Shown here one piece after another: positions 9,586-19,103 of a DNA stretch of 64,000 nt. Position 1 is the stretch's first letter. Each line of letters begins with the position of its first letter. Origin of the DNA: an uncultured Candidatus Saccharibacteria bacterium (GTDB taxonomy: Bacteria > Patescibacteriota > Saccharimonadia > CAILAD01 > BJGX01). The stretch covers positions 7,647 through 71,646 of the forward strand of contig CAZEIU010000001.1 in NCBI GenBank assembly GCA_964512085.1. Reading direction: 5' to 3'. A program made the position numbers and the translations under genes. The notes under the pieces are model-generated. The model was not told the origin of the DNA. It worked only from the letters and a program-made list of their open reading frames with translations, and searched no databases.

Positions 9586-11639
9586 TAAACCTCTATTACT
9601 ACAGGTAAGACAATAGGGTTTCGCTTAGTCACTTTGTAAAGCAAATTGCTAAGCTCATCGCGCATTCGTGCCTTTACTGCTGGTGAATTTGGTGGTGTTT
9701 TGGGGTTACGACGAGCAAAGATGTTTTTGACAATTGCTCTAGACTTATTCATAAGCTCTTCATTGTCTTTAACATATATAAAGCCTCTCGAGATAATGTC
9801 TGGGCTAGTTACCAACTTACCAGTTTTGCGATTCACGGTAGCAATTACCGTAAATATGCCATCGCTAGCCATCGCCAAACGATCTTTAAGCACAATCTCT
9901 TGTACATCGCCTATACCACTACCATCTATTAGCACCGAGCCAGTTTGTACGATTGGTCCTAGCTTGACCTCACCGTCTTTGGCCTCTAGTGTTTGACCGT
10001 TTTCGATTACAAACACATTCTCTGGCTTAACCACGCCGCTACGCTTGGCAATCTCGGAGTTGTGCACCATATGATGAACTTCACCGTGAATTGGTAAGTA
10101 GTATTTAGGTCGAACCAACTCTATCATTTCTTTAACTTCTTCATAGTAAGCATGCCCCGAGGTGTGCATAATACCTAAATCATCAAAATCTTTGGTGGCT
10201 TCTTGGTAAACATACGGCCCCCATCTAAAGATATCGTCTACCATACCCCATACCGATTTCTCATTACCAGGTATAATTGAGCTCGATAGCACTACTACAT
10301 CTGAAGGCTTGAGTTTTACATCTTTGTGTTCGCCCTGCCCCATCCGTACTAAGCCAGAGTTCTCTTCGCCTTGGTGTCCGGTAGTAAGTACGGCTACTTC
10401 ACCATCTTGATACTTACTAACATCGGCTGATTTTATCAAAACTCCAGGTGGAACTTTGACGTAGCCGAGCTTTACAGCTATCTCCATATTAGATATAAGA
10501 CTACGGCCAGCAAGAGCTAACTTACGTTTGGCTTTGTGGGCAGCATCAACAAACACCTGAATACGATCTACTTGTGAGGCAAAAGAACTAATGATTACTC
10601 TCTTATTGTAATTACGTACAAATATTTCGTCGAGAGTTTTAATAATTTCTTTCTCTGATGGACTATTGCCCACTTTTTCACAACTAGTGCTATCACACAT
10701 CAGCATTAACACACCTTCGTCGCCAAGCTCTTTGAGTCGAGTCTTGTTACTAGGCTTGCCCGAAAGTGGGTCGTCATCAAATCGCCAATCACCAGTATTT
10801 ACAATTGTGCCTACTGGAGTTTTTATAGCAATACTACATGCGTCTGGTATAGAGTGAGTAATTCGAATAAATTCTACCTGAAAAACTCCTAGCTGAATCT
10901 TTTCGCCAGAGTCTTGGTTGACGGTGCGAATTTCGGGCTTAAATGGTAGCTTGTATTCTTCTAGTTGTCGCTCTATAAATTTGGTAGTAAAGTTTGCAGC
11001 GTATATTGGTGCTGGTAGTTTAGGCAAAATAAAAGGTATGCCTCCTACATGATCCATGTGGGCGTGAGTTATAAGGTGAGCTCTAATTTTGTCTTTGCGT
11101 TCCTCTAAGTAGTGTGTGTCTGGAATAATATAGTCTATTCCGGGCATGTCTGGGCCAGGAAACATAAAGCCAAGGTCCATAACTATAATGTCGTTTTCGT
11201 ATTCTAACGCCATCATGTTTTTACCAATCTTATCTAGACCACCAAGCGGAATAATCTTGAGCTTACCGGCATCGGCTTTGCTCATACCTACTTTTTGCGG
11301 TTTTGGCTTAAAGCTGTTGCCGTTGCTGTTTTCATTAAAGCTTCCTTCAGAAAACACTGCTGGCCCTCGGTCGTAACGACGACGCATAGCGTGAGGGTTA
11401 CTGCCTCTGTGGCCACCACCCTGTCGATTCTTGTTATTAGCACCCTGTTTATTATTATTGTTGTAGCTTTTTTTATTGGGTTGCTGTTGATTGCTGTTAG
11501 GCTTTTGTTGCGACTGAGCACTTTTATTGGCGCTTTGATTAGTGTTTTGGTTGGCAGCTCGAGCTGGTTTGGCCTCTCTACCACTCAAGTCTTGAGCGGT
11601 TAGAGGGCGGCTATTTAATGATTTTTTGTTTGAATCCAT
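9585..11639 (-). CDS. rnj: ribonuclease J with N-terminal low-complexity extension
   Basis: PLGGLDKIGKN, THAHMDH, HSIPD, TGDWRFD, HTSGH, PIHGE, SRGF. Confidence 0.96.
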   Translation of the reverse strand: MDSNKKSLNSRPLTAQDLSGREAKPARAANQNTNQSANKSAQSQQKPNSNQQQPNKKSYNNNNKQGANNKNRQGGGHRGSNPHAMRRRYDRGPAVFSEGSFNENSNGNSFKPKPQKVGMSKADAGKLKIIPLGGLDKIGKNMMALEYENDIIVMDLGFMFPGPDMPGIDYIIPDTHYLEERKDKIRAHLITHAHMDHVGGIPFILPKLPAPIYAANFTTKFIERQLEEYKLPFKPEIRTVNQDSGEKIQLGVFQVEFIRITHSIPDACSIAIKTPVGTIVNTGDWRFDDDPLSGKPSNKTRLKELGDEGVLMLMCDSTSCEKVGNSPSEKEIIKTLDEIFVRNYNKRVIISSFASQVDRIQVFVDAAHKAKRKLALAGRSLISNMEIAVKLGYVKVPPGVLIKSADVSKYQDGEVAVLTTGHQGEENSGLVRMGQGEHKDVKLKPSDVVVLSSSIIPGNEKSVWGMVDDIFRWGPYVYQEATKDFDDLGIMHTSGHAYYEEVKEMIELVRPKYYLPIHGEVHHMVHNSEIAKRSGVVKPENVFVIENGQTLEAKDGEVKLGPIVQTGSVLIDGSGIGDVQEIVLKDRLAMASDGIFTVIATVNRKTGKLVTSPDIISRGFIYVKDNEELMNKSRAIVKNIFARRNPKTPPNSPAVKARMRDELSNLLYKVTKRNPIVLPVVIEV

Positions 11640-11762
11640 CTTTTGGATTTTTCTCCTTTACTTGTGCTATTATTTAGCACTTTTAATTATTAGTTATGAC
11701 GTTTGTCATTCCAGCTATAGTCGAGTAATTTTCAACTACAATTGAAATAACAAACTTAAAGT

Positions 11763-12332
11763 TTATAGCTGTTTTAAGATAGTCGGGATCTTTGAGAAGT
11801 CTTCGAGCAATGTTTTGCGCATTCCCCCGTTATAGAGAGCTGCAGCCGGATGATAAAGTGGCAAAAAGACCAACTTAGATCTTTTATAAACTTTTCCGTG
11901 GGCTTCGCTTATCTTAAGTTCTGGCAAAAACACATTCATGCTGTGTCGGCCGAGAAAAACTATCAGTTTGGGCTGGATAATTTTGATTTGAGCCAAAAGG
12001 TACGGCAAGCACACCTCTATCTCTTTGGCATTGGGGTCTCGATTGTCGGGTGGTCTAAACTTAACGATATTCGTCACAAAAACGTCATCGCGACGCAATT
12101 CAATACTTTCAAGCATTTCGTCGAGAAACTTACCGCTAGCCCCTACAAATGGTCTACCCAGTTTGTCTTCTTGAGCACCTGGTGCTTCACCAATAAACAT
12201 CAATTGTGAATCTGGGTCTCCATCGCCCGGTACTGGGTTGAGACAACTTTTAGCGATTTCTAAACCGCAATCGCGAGAAATAATACTCTCTGCAATTTCG
12301 TCTAGTTTTTTCTGCTTTTCTTCTGTTGTCAT
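11763..12332 (-). CDS. udg: uracil-DNA glycosylase family 4
   Basis: GEAPG..ED..GRPFVG, TNIVK.RPP.NR, YHPAA. Confidence 0.93.
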   Translation of the reverse strand: MTTEEKQKKLDEIAESIISRDCGLEIAKSCLNPVPGDGDPDSQLMFIGEAPGAQEDKLGRPFVGASGKFLDEMLESIELRRDDVFVTNIVKFRPPDNRDPNAKEIEVCLPYLLAQIKIIQPKLIVFLGRHSMNVFLPELKISEAHGKVYKRSKLVFLPLYHPAAALYNGGMRKTLLEDFSKIPTILKQL

Positions 12333-12384
12333 ATTCACCCCAGTGACGCCGACCAATTTTGTATCAGCGCGGCTGGAATGTCGA

Positions 12385-14526
12385 CTATTTATCAGCGAGT
12401 TTCTTAGATAAATTCAATCTACCTTTTTCGTCTATTTCAGTAAGTTTAACTCTAAATTCATCGCCCTCATGGGTAACGTCGTTAATGTTTTTAACATGTT
12501 CATCAGAGAACTGGCTAATATGCACCAGCCCTTCTTTACCTGGTAATATCTCTACAAAAGCTCCAAAATCCATCACTCTTACCACTCTACCGTTGTAGGT
12601 TTTGCCTACTTCGGCCTCGGCAGTAATAGATTCTATCCAATCTTTGGCGGCTTTGGCCTTAGCTTCGTCTTCTGAATATATCAAAACCAATCCTGAATCT
12701 TCAATATCAATTTCTACTCCAGTTTCGGCTGTGATTTTTTGTATCATCTCGCCACCTTTACCAATAACTTCTCTAATCTTTTCTGGGTTAATCGTAAGTT
12801 TGGTAATTCTTGGGGCGTATTGACTAACTTCGGCTCGGGGTTTGTCGATAATTTCTAGCATTTTACTCAAAATATGTTCTCTACCATCTTTGGCTTGAGC
12901 CAGAGCGTCCGACATAATTGAAGACGAAATGCCTTTTACTTTAATGTCCATTTGCAATGCGGTAATACCTTTTTGAGTACCAGCTACTTTAAAATCCATA
13001 TCGCCCGCAAAATCTTCGGCATCTTGAATATCGGTAAGAATGACGTATTTTTTAGGATTGTCGTGATCAATCATTAAGCCCATAGCTACACCAGACACCG
13101 GTGCGGCAATTGGCACTCCAGCATCCATTAAGCTCATGGTGCTACCACAAACCGAAGCCATAGAGGTAGAACCAGCACTACTAAGCATTTCGCTAACTAA
13201 TCTAATGGTGTATGGAAATTCTTCTACCTCTGGAATAACTGGCACGAGAGCTTTTTCGGCCAAATAGCCGTGTCCTACTTCGCGTCTACCAGTAGATCTA
13301 ACTGGTCGAGCTTCGCCAGTACTAAAGGGCGGAAAATTGTAATGATGCATGTATCGTTTGGTAGTATCTTGCTCCATGGTATCAATAAGCTGAGCATCTG
13401 ATACCGACCCAAGCGTAGTAACTGTAAGACCTTGAGTAGTACCCCGCGTAAACACTGCCGAGCCATGGGTGCGAGGCAAAATACCTACGCCACCAGATAT
13501 AGGTCGCACTTCTGTTAGTTTACGGTTGTCGGGTCGTTTACCTTCCTCTAATACTGCTCTACGAATTTCATTATCGATTAGTTTTTCAAAAGCAAATTTT
13601 AGTTCGCTGTGACTATATCGTGTTTTGTCGTCGTCTTCGACGTCTTCAGGTAGAGTACCTAGCTCGAGTAATACTTTTTCTTCAAGTTCGGCAATCGCTT
13701 CGTGTCGAGATTGTTTGTTCTCGTGGCGAATTCGCTCTCCAAGATCTTTTTGTAACAGTTCTTTTACGGCACTGTAAGCTTCTTCATTTGGAGTAAATAG
13801 TTCGTACTCCATAGTTTTTACTTGAGCTTTTTTTACTAACTCTTGCTGTAGTTTTATAACTGGTTGCCAGCTTTTAACAGCTAGTTCGAGCCCTTTTACT
13901 ACCTCGTCTTCGCTTACTTCGTGCGCAGCGGCTTCGACCATCATAATAGCGTCGCTTGTACCGGCTACCGTGAGATTGAGATCGCTATTCTCTTGTTCGC
14001 TTACAGTTGGGTTAACTACTAGTTTACCATCAATTTTGCCTATTCTAGCCGCAGCTACTGGGCCATCAAAAGGCGCGCCAGTAAGCATTAAGGCCGAACT
14101 TGCTGCAATTACGGCTATTGTATCTGGCTCGTGGCTCAAATCGGCACTTAGTACCGTAATCATTATCTGTACATCGTTTCTAAACCCTTTTGGAAACAAT
14201 GGTCTTATAGGTCTATCAATAAGTCGGCTATTTAAAATTGCCTGATCGCTAGGACGACCCTCGCGTTTCATAAATCTGCTACCAGATATTTTACCACTAG
14301 CATACATTCGCTCTTCGTAATCTATGAGTAACGGAAAGAAGTCAGAATCTGGTTTGGCTTGAGGTGCTACTACGGCAGTAGCAAGTAATACTGTATCACC
14401 ATAACGAACTGTTACGGCCCCGTCGGCCCTAAAGGCCAACAAACCTGTTTCTAATATAAGTTTTTTACCTGCAAACTCGGTTTCGAGTTTAATGTGTTTA
14501 CCCCCAAAAGGATGAACTATCTTCAT
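12385..14526 (-). CDS. pnp: polyribonucleotide nucleotidyltransferase (PNPase)
   Basis: RLIDRPIRPLFP, RREVGHG, GDMDFKVAGT, KH and S1 domains. Confidence 0.98.
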   Translation of the reverse strand: MKIVHPFGGKHIKLETEFAGKKLILETGLLAFRADGAVTVRYGDTVLLATAVVAPQAKPDSDFFPLLIDYEERMYASGKISGSRFMKREGRPSDQAILNSRLIDRPIRPLFPKGFRNDVQIMITVLSADLSHEPDTIAVIAASSALMLTGAPFDGPVAAARIGKIDGKLVVNPTVSEQENSDLNLTVAGTSDAIMMVEAAAHEVSEDEVVKGLELAVKSWQPVIKLQQELVKKAQVKTMEYELFTPNEEAYSAVKELLQKDLGERIRHENKQSRHEAIAELEEKVLLELGTLPEDVEDDDKTRYSHSELKFAFEKLIDNEIRRAVLEEGKRPDNRKLTEVRPISGGVGILPRTHGSAVFTRGTTQGLTVTTLGSVSDAQLIDTMEQDTTKRYMHHYNFPPFSTGEARPVRSTGRREVGHGYLAEKALVPVIPEVEEFPYTIRLVSEMLSSAGSTSMASVCGSTMSLMDAGVPIAAPVSGVAMGLMIDHDNPKKYVILTDIQDAEDFAGDMDFKVAGTQKGITALQMDIKVKGISSSIMSDALAQAKDGREHILSKMLEIIDKPRAEVSQYAPRITKLTINPEKIREVIGKGGEMIQKITAETGVEIDIEDSGLVLIYSEDEAKAKAAKDWIESITAEAEVGKTYNGRVVRVMDFGAFVEILPGKEGLVHISQFSDEHVKNINDVTHEGDEFRVKLTEIDEKGRLNLSKKLADK

Positions 14527-14549
14527 ATAAGTTTATATCTTTCTATATT

Positions 14550-14656
14550 TGTAACATATCATTTGATTGATAAGAGAGTTCATTGATCAAATTTATTATG
14601 CTTTTATAATAATTTGATAAAACAACTCTACCACCAACCATCAATGTATATTTACA
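14550..14656 (-). promoter_or_regulatory. long imperfect hairpin in the rpsO-pnp spacer (probable RNase III site)
   Basis: GAGTT..ATCAAATT.ATTAT / ATAAT.AATTTGAT..AACTC arms extending to about 40 bp; same position as the RNase III-cut pnp leader of E. coli. Confidence 0.6.
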
Positions 14657-14699
14657 TTATTCAATATTTTAACGATACATTAAATACTTTTGTAAGAAC

Positions 14700-14966
14700 T
14701 TAACGACGAAGTTTGAGTTTTTTGATAACTGCTTCGTAACGTTTAGGGTCTTTCTTGTTTAAGTAATCGAGCAAACGACGACGTTTACTTACCATAGCTA
14801 GTAGCCCTCTACGGCTATGATTGTCTTTTTTGTGCTCTTTGAGGTGACCAGTAAGTTCGTTTATTTTTTCGGTAAACAAAGCTATCTGCACTTCTGCAGA
14901 TCCGGTGTCTTTCTTGTGAAGACTATGTTTGGTTATTACTTTTTTCTTATGTGTAGTAGTTAACAT
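14700..14966 (-). CDS. rpsO: 30S ribosomal protein S15
   Basis: [21 protein letters not shown]. Confidence 0.98.
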   Translation of the reverse strand: MLTTTHKKKVITKHSLHKKDTGSAEVQIALFTEKINELTGHLKEHKKDNHSRRGLLAMVSKRRRLLDYLNKKDPKRYEAVIKKLKLRR

Positions 14967-14998
14967 ATTGCCTCCTAATACTAGCAGATTTTGTCATA

Positions 14999-15628
14999 TT
15001 AATCAAGTTTTATTGCATCTTTTAGGTTATAGTCGCCTATTTTGGTGCGTACAATTTTTGTACAATAAGCACCAGTACCTAAGTATTTACCAATATCTTC
15101 GGCCAAACTCCTTATATAAGTACCCGAGCTAACATCTGCGCTAAGAGACACTTTTGGGTATTTATAGTCTTTTAGTTCTAGATTGTAAATATTCACATTT
15201 CTAGGCTCAATAACTACTTTTTGGCCTTCGCGTGCCGATTTGTAAGCTCTTTTGCCATCTATTTTTATAGCACTATATTGTGGTGGAGTCTGTGAAATTT
15301 TACCTACAAACTTTTTTAGTGCTTCTTCTATCTGTTTTTTCGTTGGCTCAATGCTTGATACAGTAGTTTTTTCTCCTTCGACATCACCTGTAGTGCTGTT
15401 TTCGCCAAGACTAATATCAAACTCATAGGTTTTATCGAGTTTTAAAAACTCATCGCTTTTTTTTGTATATTCCTTACCCACCAAGACTATTAAAAGGCCT
15501 TCAGCTTGTGGATCGAGCGTACCGGCATGGCCAACTTTTTTAATGCCGCTAATCCGGCGCACTTGCGCCACCATACTAAAGCTACTGCGTCCTCGTGGTT
15601 TGTTTATGAGTTGTATTCCTGGTTTCAT
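14999..15628 (-). CDS. truB: tRNA pseudouridine(55) synthase, short form
   Basis: KVGHAGTLDP, PPQYSAIKIDGKRAY, SSGTYIRSL. Confidence 0.96.
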   Translation of the reverse strand: MKPGIQLINKPRGRSSFSMVAQVRRISGIKKVGHAGTLDPQAEGLLIVLVGKEYTKKSDEFLKLDKTYEFDISLGENSTTGDVEGEKTTVSSIEPTKKQIEEALKKFVGKISQTPPQYSAIKIDGKRAYKSAREGQKVVIEPRNVNIYNLELKDYKYPKVSLSADVSSGTYIRSLAEDIGKYLGTGAYCTKIVRTKIGDYNLKDAIKLD

Positions 15629-15697
15629 CTACTGCTAAAATTACTATCTTTTAATAAACTTAGTAATAGCTCCAACTTTACTGGTTGGAGAATATTT

Positions 15698-16072
15698 TTA
15701 GATATCGTTTGAGCTACTATCCCACGCAAATGCCTTGGGGTCTTTTAGCTCATGATGTGTAGGTTCGACTTCTTCATCGGTAAGGCTAAGAACATGTTCT
15801 AGCTGTTCAAATGGGACTTCATCGCGATGAAAAGCCAGATAGTGCACGCAAAGAGAGTTTGTTTTGGTAGTAAGGCCACAAACGAAGTGATCATAATTAT
15901 CACTGGGCACACCACATTTACAAAAATGTACACCACGAAAGGCGTACTCACTAGGTATAGAGTCGCGCCAAGCGGCGGCCATACGGCGTGTGTAGATATC
16001 AATAACAGGTTCCGCCGATGCATCACCTGTTGGTTCTATCATCAATACACAGTTCGAGCTTAGATCGATCAT
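15698..16072 (-). CDS. Cys/His-rich hypothetical protein (possible Zn-binding)
   Basis: RGVHFCKCG..S...D and TNSLCVHYLAFHR; SD GAGAGGGAG. Confidence 0.7.
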   Translation of the reverse strand: MIDLSSNCVLMIEPTGDASAEPVIDIYTRRMAAAWRDSIPSEYAFRGVHFCKCGVPSDNYDHFVCGLTTKTNSLCVHYLAFHRDEVPFEQLEHVLSLTDEEVEPTHHELKDPKAFAWDSSSNDI

Positions 16073-16224
16073 CTAGCTTCACTCCCTCTCTTGAAGTTAC
16101 AATTACCACAGGCAGTGGCAAATCAACTATATAATACCACTTTATTGAATATTATTCAAGATATTTGAGTACTAAAAAGATTTTATTTCGCCGTCTAAAA
16201 ACCGGCCTTTAAAATTGCCAATGG

Positions 16225-17253
16225 CTATTTTTCCGGGCGTGGATTTTTGAACTTTTTTAGGCTCTTCTTATCCTCGAATTCTTTGGCTTCGCTACTAGTT
16301 TCGTCTTCTAAAACTTCTTGTTTGATTATTTCTTGAGATTTATTCTCTACCAAACCTTCTTGCGAAAGCTCGATGCCTTGTTTTTTGAGTTTTTCGGCTA
16401 CTGTCTCGGTTTTTTGAGAGTTTTTTTCAAAAACATTAGCTTTGGGCTTATTTATCTCTCTCTTGTTTGTGTGGTTTTGCGAGTTGTTGTTGTGAGTAAA
16501 TAATGTTTGCACTATCTCTTGTTGCTTAGCACCGGCGCTCATCATTTGAGCAGCAATAGTTAAACTTTTGGCAGTTGTATTAGGTCCGGTAAACCCTTGT
16601 GTGGCACCCATTATACCGGCTAGCAATGCCGTAGCCACATGGTAGTCAATCATACCTTGAGCAACTGATTCAATAACACCCACAAGCATTTCACAAACAC
16701 TACCGGCTTGAGATTCTACATAATTTACGCTTCCATACAGCTCATTGCTTCGGTGAGAGTCGATATTAATAAGATGTAATCCATCGAAAATAGTTGGGTT
16801 TTCTTCTAAGATTGAGTCGATTTTTGATATTTGGCTTACACCAAGAACAATCACCAAGTCAAACTTATAAGCTCCATAGTCAAAAGTTGCATCATCGGCA
16901 GTAAAGTTACCAGCAAATGGCGAAACTATAACTTCTAAGTTGTCTTCATTTACCTCATAACGTAATTTATCTACTTCTACCTTGCTAGTGTCGAGGCGAA
17001 CAATAAAATCACGTATGCCTGTTAGATCGCGGCTAATAACTTTGGTATCGAGTATCTTAGCTACTTTGGGTAGCTCTCCTGTAGCAATGGCACTTACATT
17101 TTTGCCAGCCCGTTTAAGTATTAACTCTAAAGCGACCATGGCACTTAGCTGGTCGTTATTTAGCTGCTTACCACTTACTAGTAAGATGTGGCTGGCTTGC
17201 TTTATTAGCTCTACAGCTTGTTGTTTTGGGGTTAATTCTTGGTTCATTGGCAA
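16225..17253 (-). CDS. DHH-family (NrnA-like) protein with degenerate catalytic motifs
   Basis: INIDSH.SN..YG..N, ATALLAGI...T.GF; DxD and DHH motifs altered. Confidence 0.8.
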   Translation of the reverse strand: MPMNQELTPKQQAVELIKQASHILLVSGKQLNNDQLSAMVALELILKRAGKNVSAIATGELPKVAKILDTKVISRDLTGIRDFIVRLDTSKVEVDKLRYEVNEDNLEVIVSPFAGNFTADDATFDYGAYKFDLVIVLGVSQISKIDSILEENPTIFDGLHLINIDSHRSNELYGSVNYVESQAGSVCEMLVGVIESVAQGMIDYHVATALLAGIMGATQGFTGPNTTAKSLTIAAQMMSAGAKQQEIVQTLFTHNNNSQNHTNKREINKPKANVFEKNSQKTETVAEKLKKQGIELSQEGLVENKSQEIIKQEVLEDETSSEAKEFEDKKSLKKFKNPRPEK

Positions 17254-17348
17254 AAATTTATTATCAATGCAGTATTATACCAAAACAAAACGCTTATGTC
17301 AATACTATGTAGTACTTACCAAAACCTACAATAGTAATAAACTTTGGT

Positions 17349-17380
17349 AAATCCCCCACTGCCATTTAGGCAGTGAGAGA
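17349..17380 (-). terminator. intrinsic terminator after tRNA-Lys
   Basis: TCTCTCACTGCC-TAAAT-GGCAGTGGGGGA followed by TTT. Confidence 0.65.
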
Positions 17381-17391
17381 ATATGTATTTG

Positions 17392-17464
17392 TGCCCCCGG
17401 TGGGATTCGAACCCACGATCTTCGGATTAAAAGTCCGCTGCCTTGCCTACTTGGCTACAGGGGC
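17392..17464 (-). tRNA. tRNA-Lys(UUU), CCA not encoded
   Basis: Acceptor GCCCCTG/CGGGGGC, anticodon loop CTTTTAA, T arm GTGGG-TTCGAAT-CCCAC; 73 nt. Confidence 0.92.
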
Positions 17465-17509
17465 GAGTGCTCGTTTATAAGCCACGAGCTAGGCTAGTAT
17501 TAAATGAAA

Positions 17510-17881
17510 TTAGATGGTATCGTTATCGTGATTTCTTAGCATTACAGAGCCCGACCATAGCATCAGCCCAAAGCCCAGAATCATGCACAAAATCGCACCA
17601 ATCCAATTGTTAAGAGTTATGAGCACGTATGCTGCCGTCCATCCAAAGGCCGCAGAAACCATCAGCGCACTACCAAGTATTTCGTTGGAGCTACTGTGGT
17701 AGTAGTCATAAAAACCAAACACAAGCAATCCGATGAACAGAATTGAAATTCCGATCAAACAGACTATTGCAGCCATACTATCAGTAATATTCACATCGTT
17801 GGCAAAACTGCTATCAGCAGCTAGACCAACCGAAAAAATTAGTACAACAGTACCTGCAACAAACAATACGAATGACCGCAC
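17510..17881 (-). CDS. small 4-TM membrane protein
   Basis: GTG start, SD AGGAG, GCACCC at 17893-17898; four hydrophobic segments. Confidence 0.7.
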   Translation of the reverse strand: MRSFVLFVAGTVVLIFSVGLAADSSFANDVNITDSMAAIVCLIGISILFIGLLVFGFYDYYHSSSNEILGSALMVSAAFGWTAAYVLITLNNWIGAILCMILGFGLMLWSGSVMLRNHDNDTI

Positions 17882-17920
17882 TTGGGTCTCCTGGGTGCTG
17901 GCGACAACCTGATGTTGTCA

Positions 17921-17981
17921 CCCCACCAAAAAACATAGTTTCAAATATATTCTTTGGTAGGGGCTCAAAAAAACTTGAGCC
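17921..17981 (-). repeat. twin-hairpin spacer, family II copy 1
   Basis: GGCTCAA/TTGAGCC hairpin, then CCTACCAAAG..TTTTTGGTGGG hairpin; similar to 19027-19091. Confidence 0.6.
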
Positions 17982-18027
17982 AATAGGAATTTGGAGGCAT
18001 TCCTACAGCCTTGTTAAATGTTAAAAA

Positions 18028-18468
18028 TTAGCTAGTCAAAATTTTTGCATCTTGCCAGGAAAGATCGTCCCAGCTAGCATCAAAGTTACCCACAAAGGTA
18101 GGCTTATGCCACTCCCAGACAACATCGAACTCGTCGTCTTTGGCAAGCGCCTTGAGTCTAGCAAATGCAAACTCAGTAGCTACATCAACATTATCTTTTG
18201 GAGTAAAATGAAAAATTCTTAAAACCTTATCTCGCGTATCGGGCTCGCAATGTGCAGAGAAATTTATTACTTCATCTACAATGCGCCCTTGGGTATCAAA
18301 ACGAATACTCATACTCCAACTTGAGTACCAGCCATCCCACGTAACCTCTACCCTCATAAACTCTGGGTAGTCATCAGGAATCCCTAGCGTCTCAAGGTAA
18401 TTGTCTATTGAGATATCTTCGGGTATGCCAACACTGTCTCGCAAGACTTCAATGAACTTTTCGAACAT
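18028..18468 (-). CDS. acidic, Trp-rich hypothetical protein (MFEKFIEVL...)
   Basis: SD GGAGGAG before ATG 18468; GCACCT at 18486-18491. The longer ORF-track start lies inside the spacer repeat. Confidence 0.75.
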   Translation of the reverse strand: MFEKFIEVLRDSVGIPEDISIDNYLETLGIPDDYPEFMRVEVTWDGWYSSWSMSIRFDTQGRIVDEVINFSAHCEPDTRDKVLRIFHFTPKDNVDVATEFAFARLKALAKDDEFDVVWEWHKPTFVGNFDASWDDLSWQDAKILTS

Positions 18469-18494
18469 TTCATCTCCTCCGTTCAAGGTGCGAT

Positions 18495-18592
18495 TCGGGA
18501 AATCTTCCCAACAAAAACTTTCGAATACCATTTTTATTCAAACTTTTTTGTTGAGATCCTTAAGGACCTCAAATAATGAGGCCCCTAAGGGG
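18495..18592 (-). repeat. 98-nt twin-hairpin spacer, family I copy 1 (immediately 3' of tmRNA)
   Basis: Aligns to 19504-19601 (shared CCCCTTnGGGG, TCTCAACAAAA, TTCGAAAGTTT, TCCCGA) with compensatory stem changes. Confidence 0.8.
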
Positions 18593-18597
18593 TTTTG

Positions 18598-18940
18598 TGG
18601 AGCTGGGGGGAATCGAACCCCCGTCCAGCCTTACAGAAAAATTACATCGCTACGACCATTCCCAATATTTGAGTTCTCAGCTACTCCAGCCTGGGTGGCT
18701 TGCTGAATCGTCTTTCCGAATCGTCAACCCAACTTTCTGGGTAAGTCAGCGGTCTTTGCCAGCTGTCACCTCCACTTCTGTTGCCAGGCTGTGGTAGATG
18801 GCCCCGAATCTTCGCACTCAGTGCGATTTTCGAACAACTTTGGGTTTTAGGCCGCGGTTGTTGGGGTGCCCCGTTTTACGAGTCTGAGCAACTCGGGTCG
18901 CAATATAGCTTCTGCAAGGATGTCGATACCGATCAGCCCC
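18598..18940 (-). ncRNA. ssrA: tmRNA
   Basis: 5' GGGGCTGATCGGTATCGAC, pk1 (CGAGT-TGCTC..ACTCG-TAAAAC-GGGGCA), 3' GGACGGGGGTTCGATTCCCCCCAGCTCCA with G3-U70; 343 nt. Confidence 0.93.
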
Positions 18941-19026
18941 AATAAGTATTTTTAATCAAAAATACTTATTGGGGCTCACCATGCACGATTCTCTACACAA
19001 TATTTTAAGGGTACTTATCGGTTTTA

Positions 19027-19091
19027 CCCAACCAAAAACTACTTTGCACAGAGTAGACTTTGGTCGGGGTCTGAACCAAACGGTTCAGACC
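19027..19091 (-). repeat. twin-hairpin spacer, family II copy 2
   Basis: GGTCTGAACC/GGTTCAGACC, then CCGACCAAAG..TTTTTGGTTGG; GTACCC follows at 19009-19014. Confidence 0.6.
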
Positions 19092-19103
19092 GGTTGCCAG
19101 CAC

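Noticed and set aside
18560-18640. Prophage or island integrated at the tmRNA or tRNA-Lys 3' end
   Set aside because: No duplicated 3' fragment (att site) and no integrase, terminase or capsid gene seen in the window.
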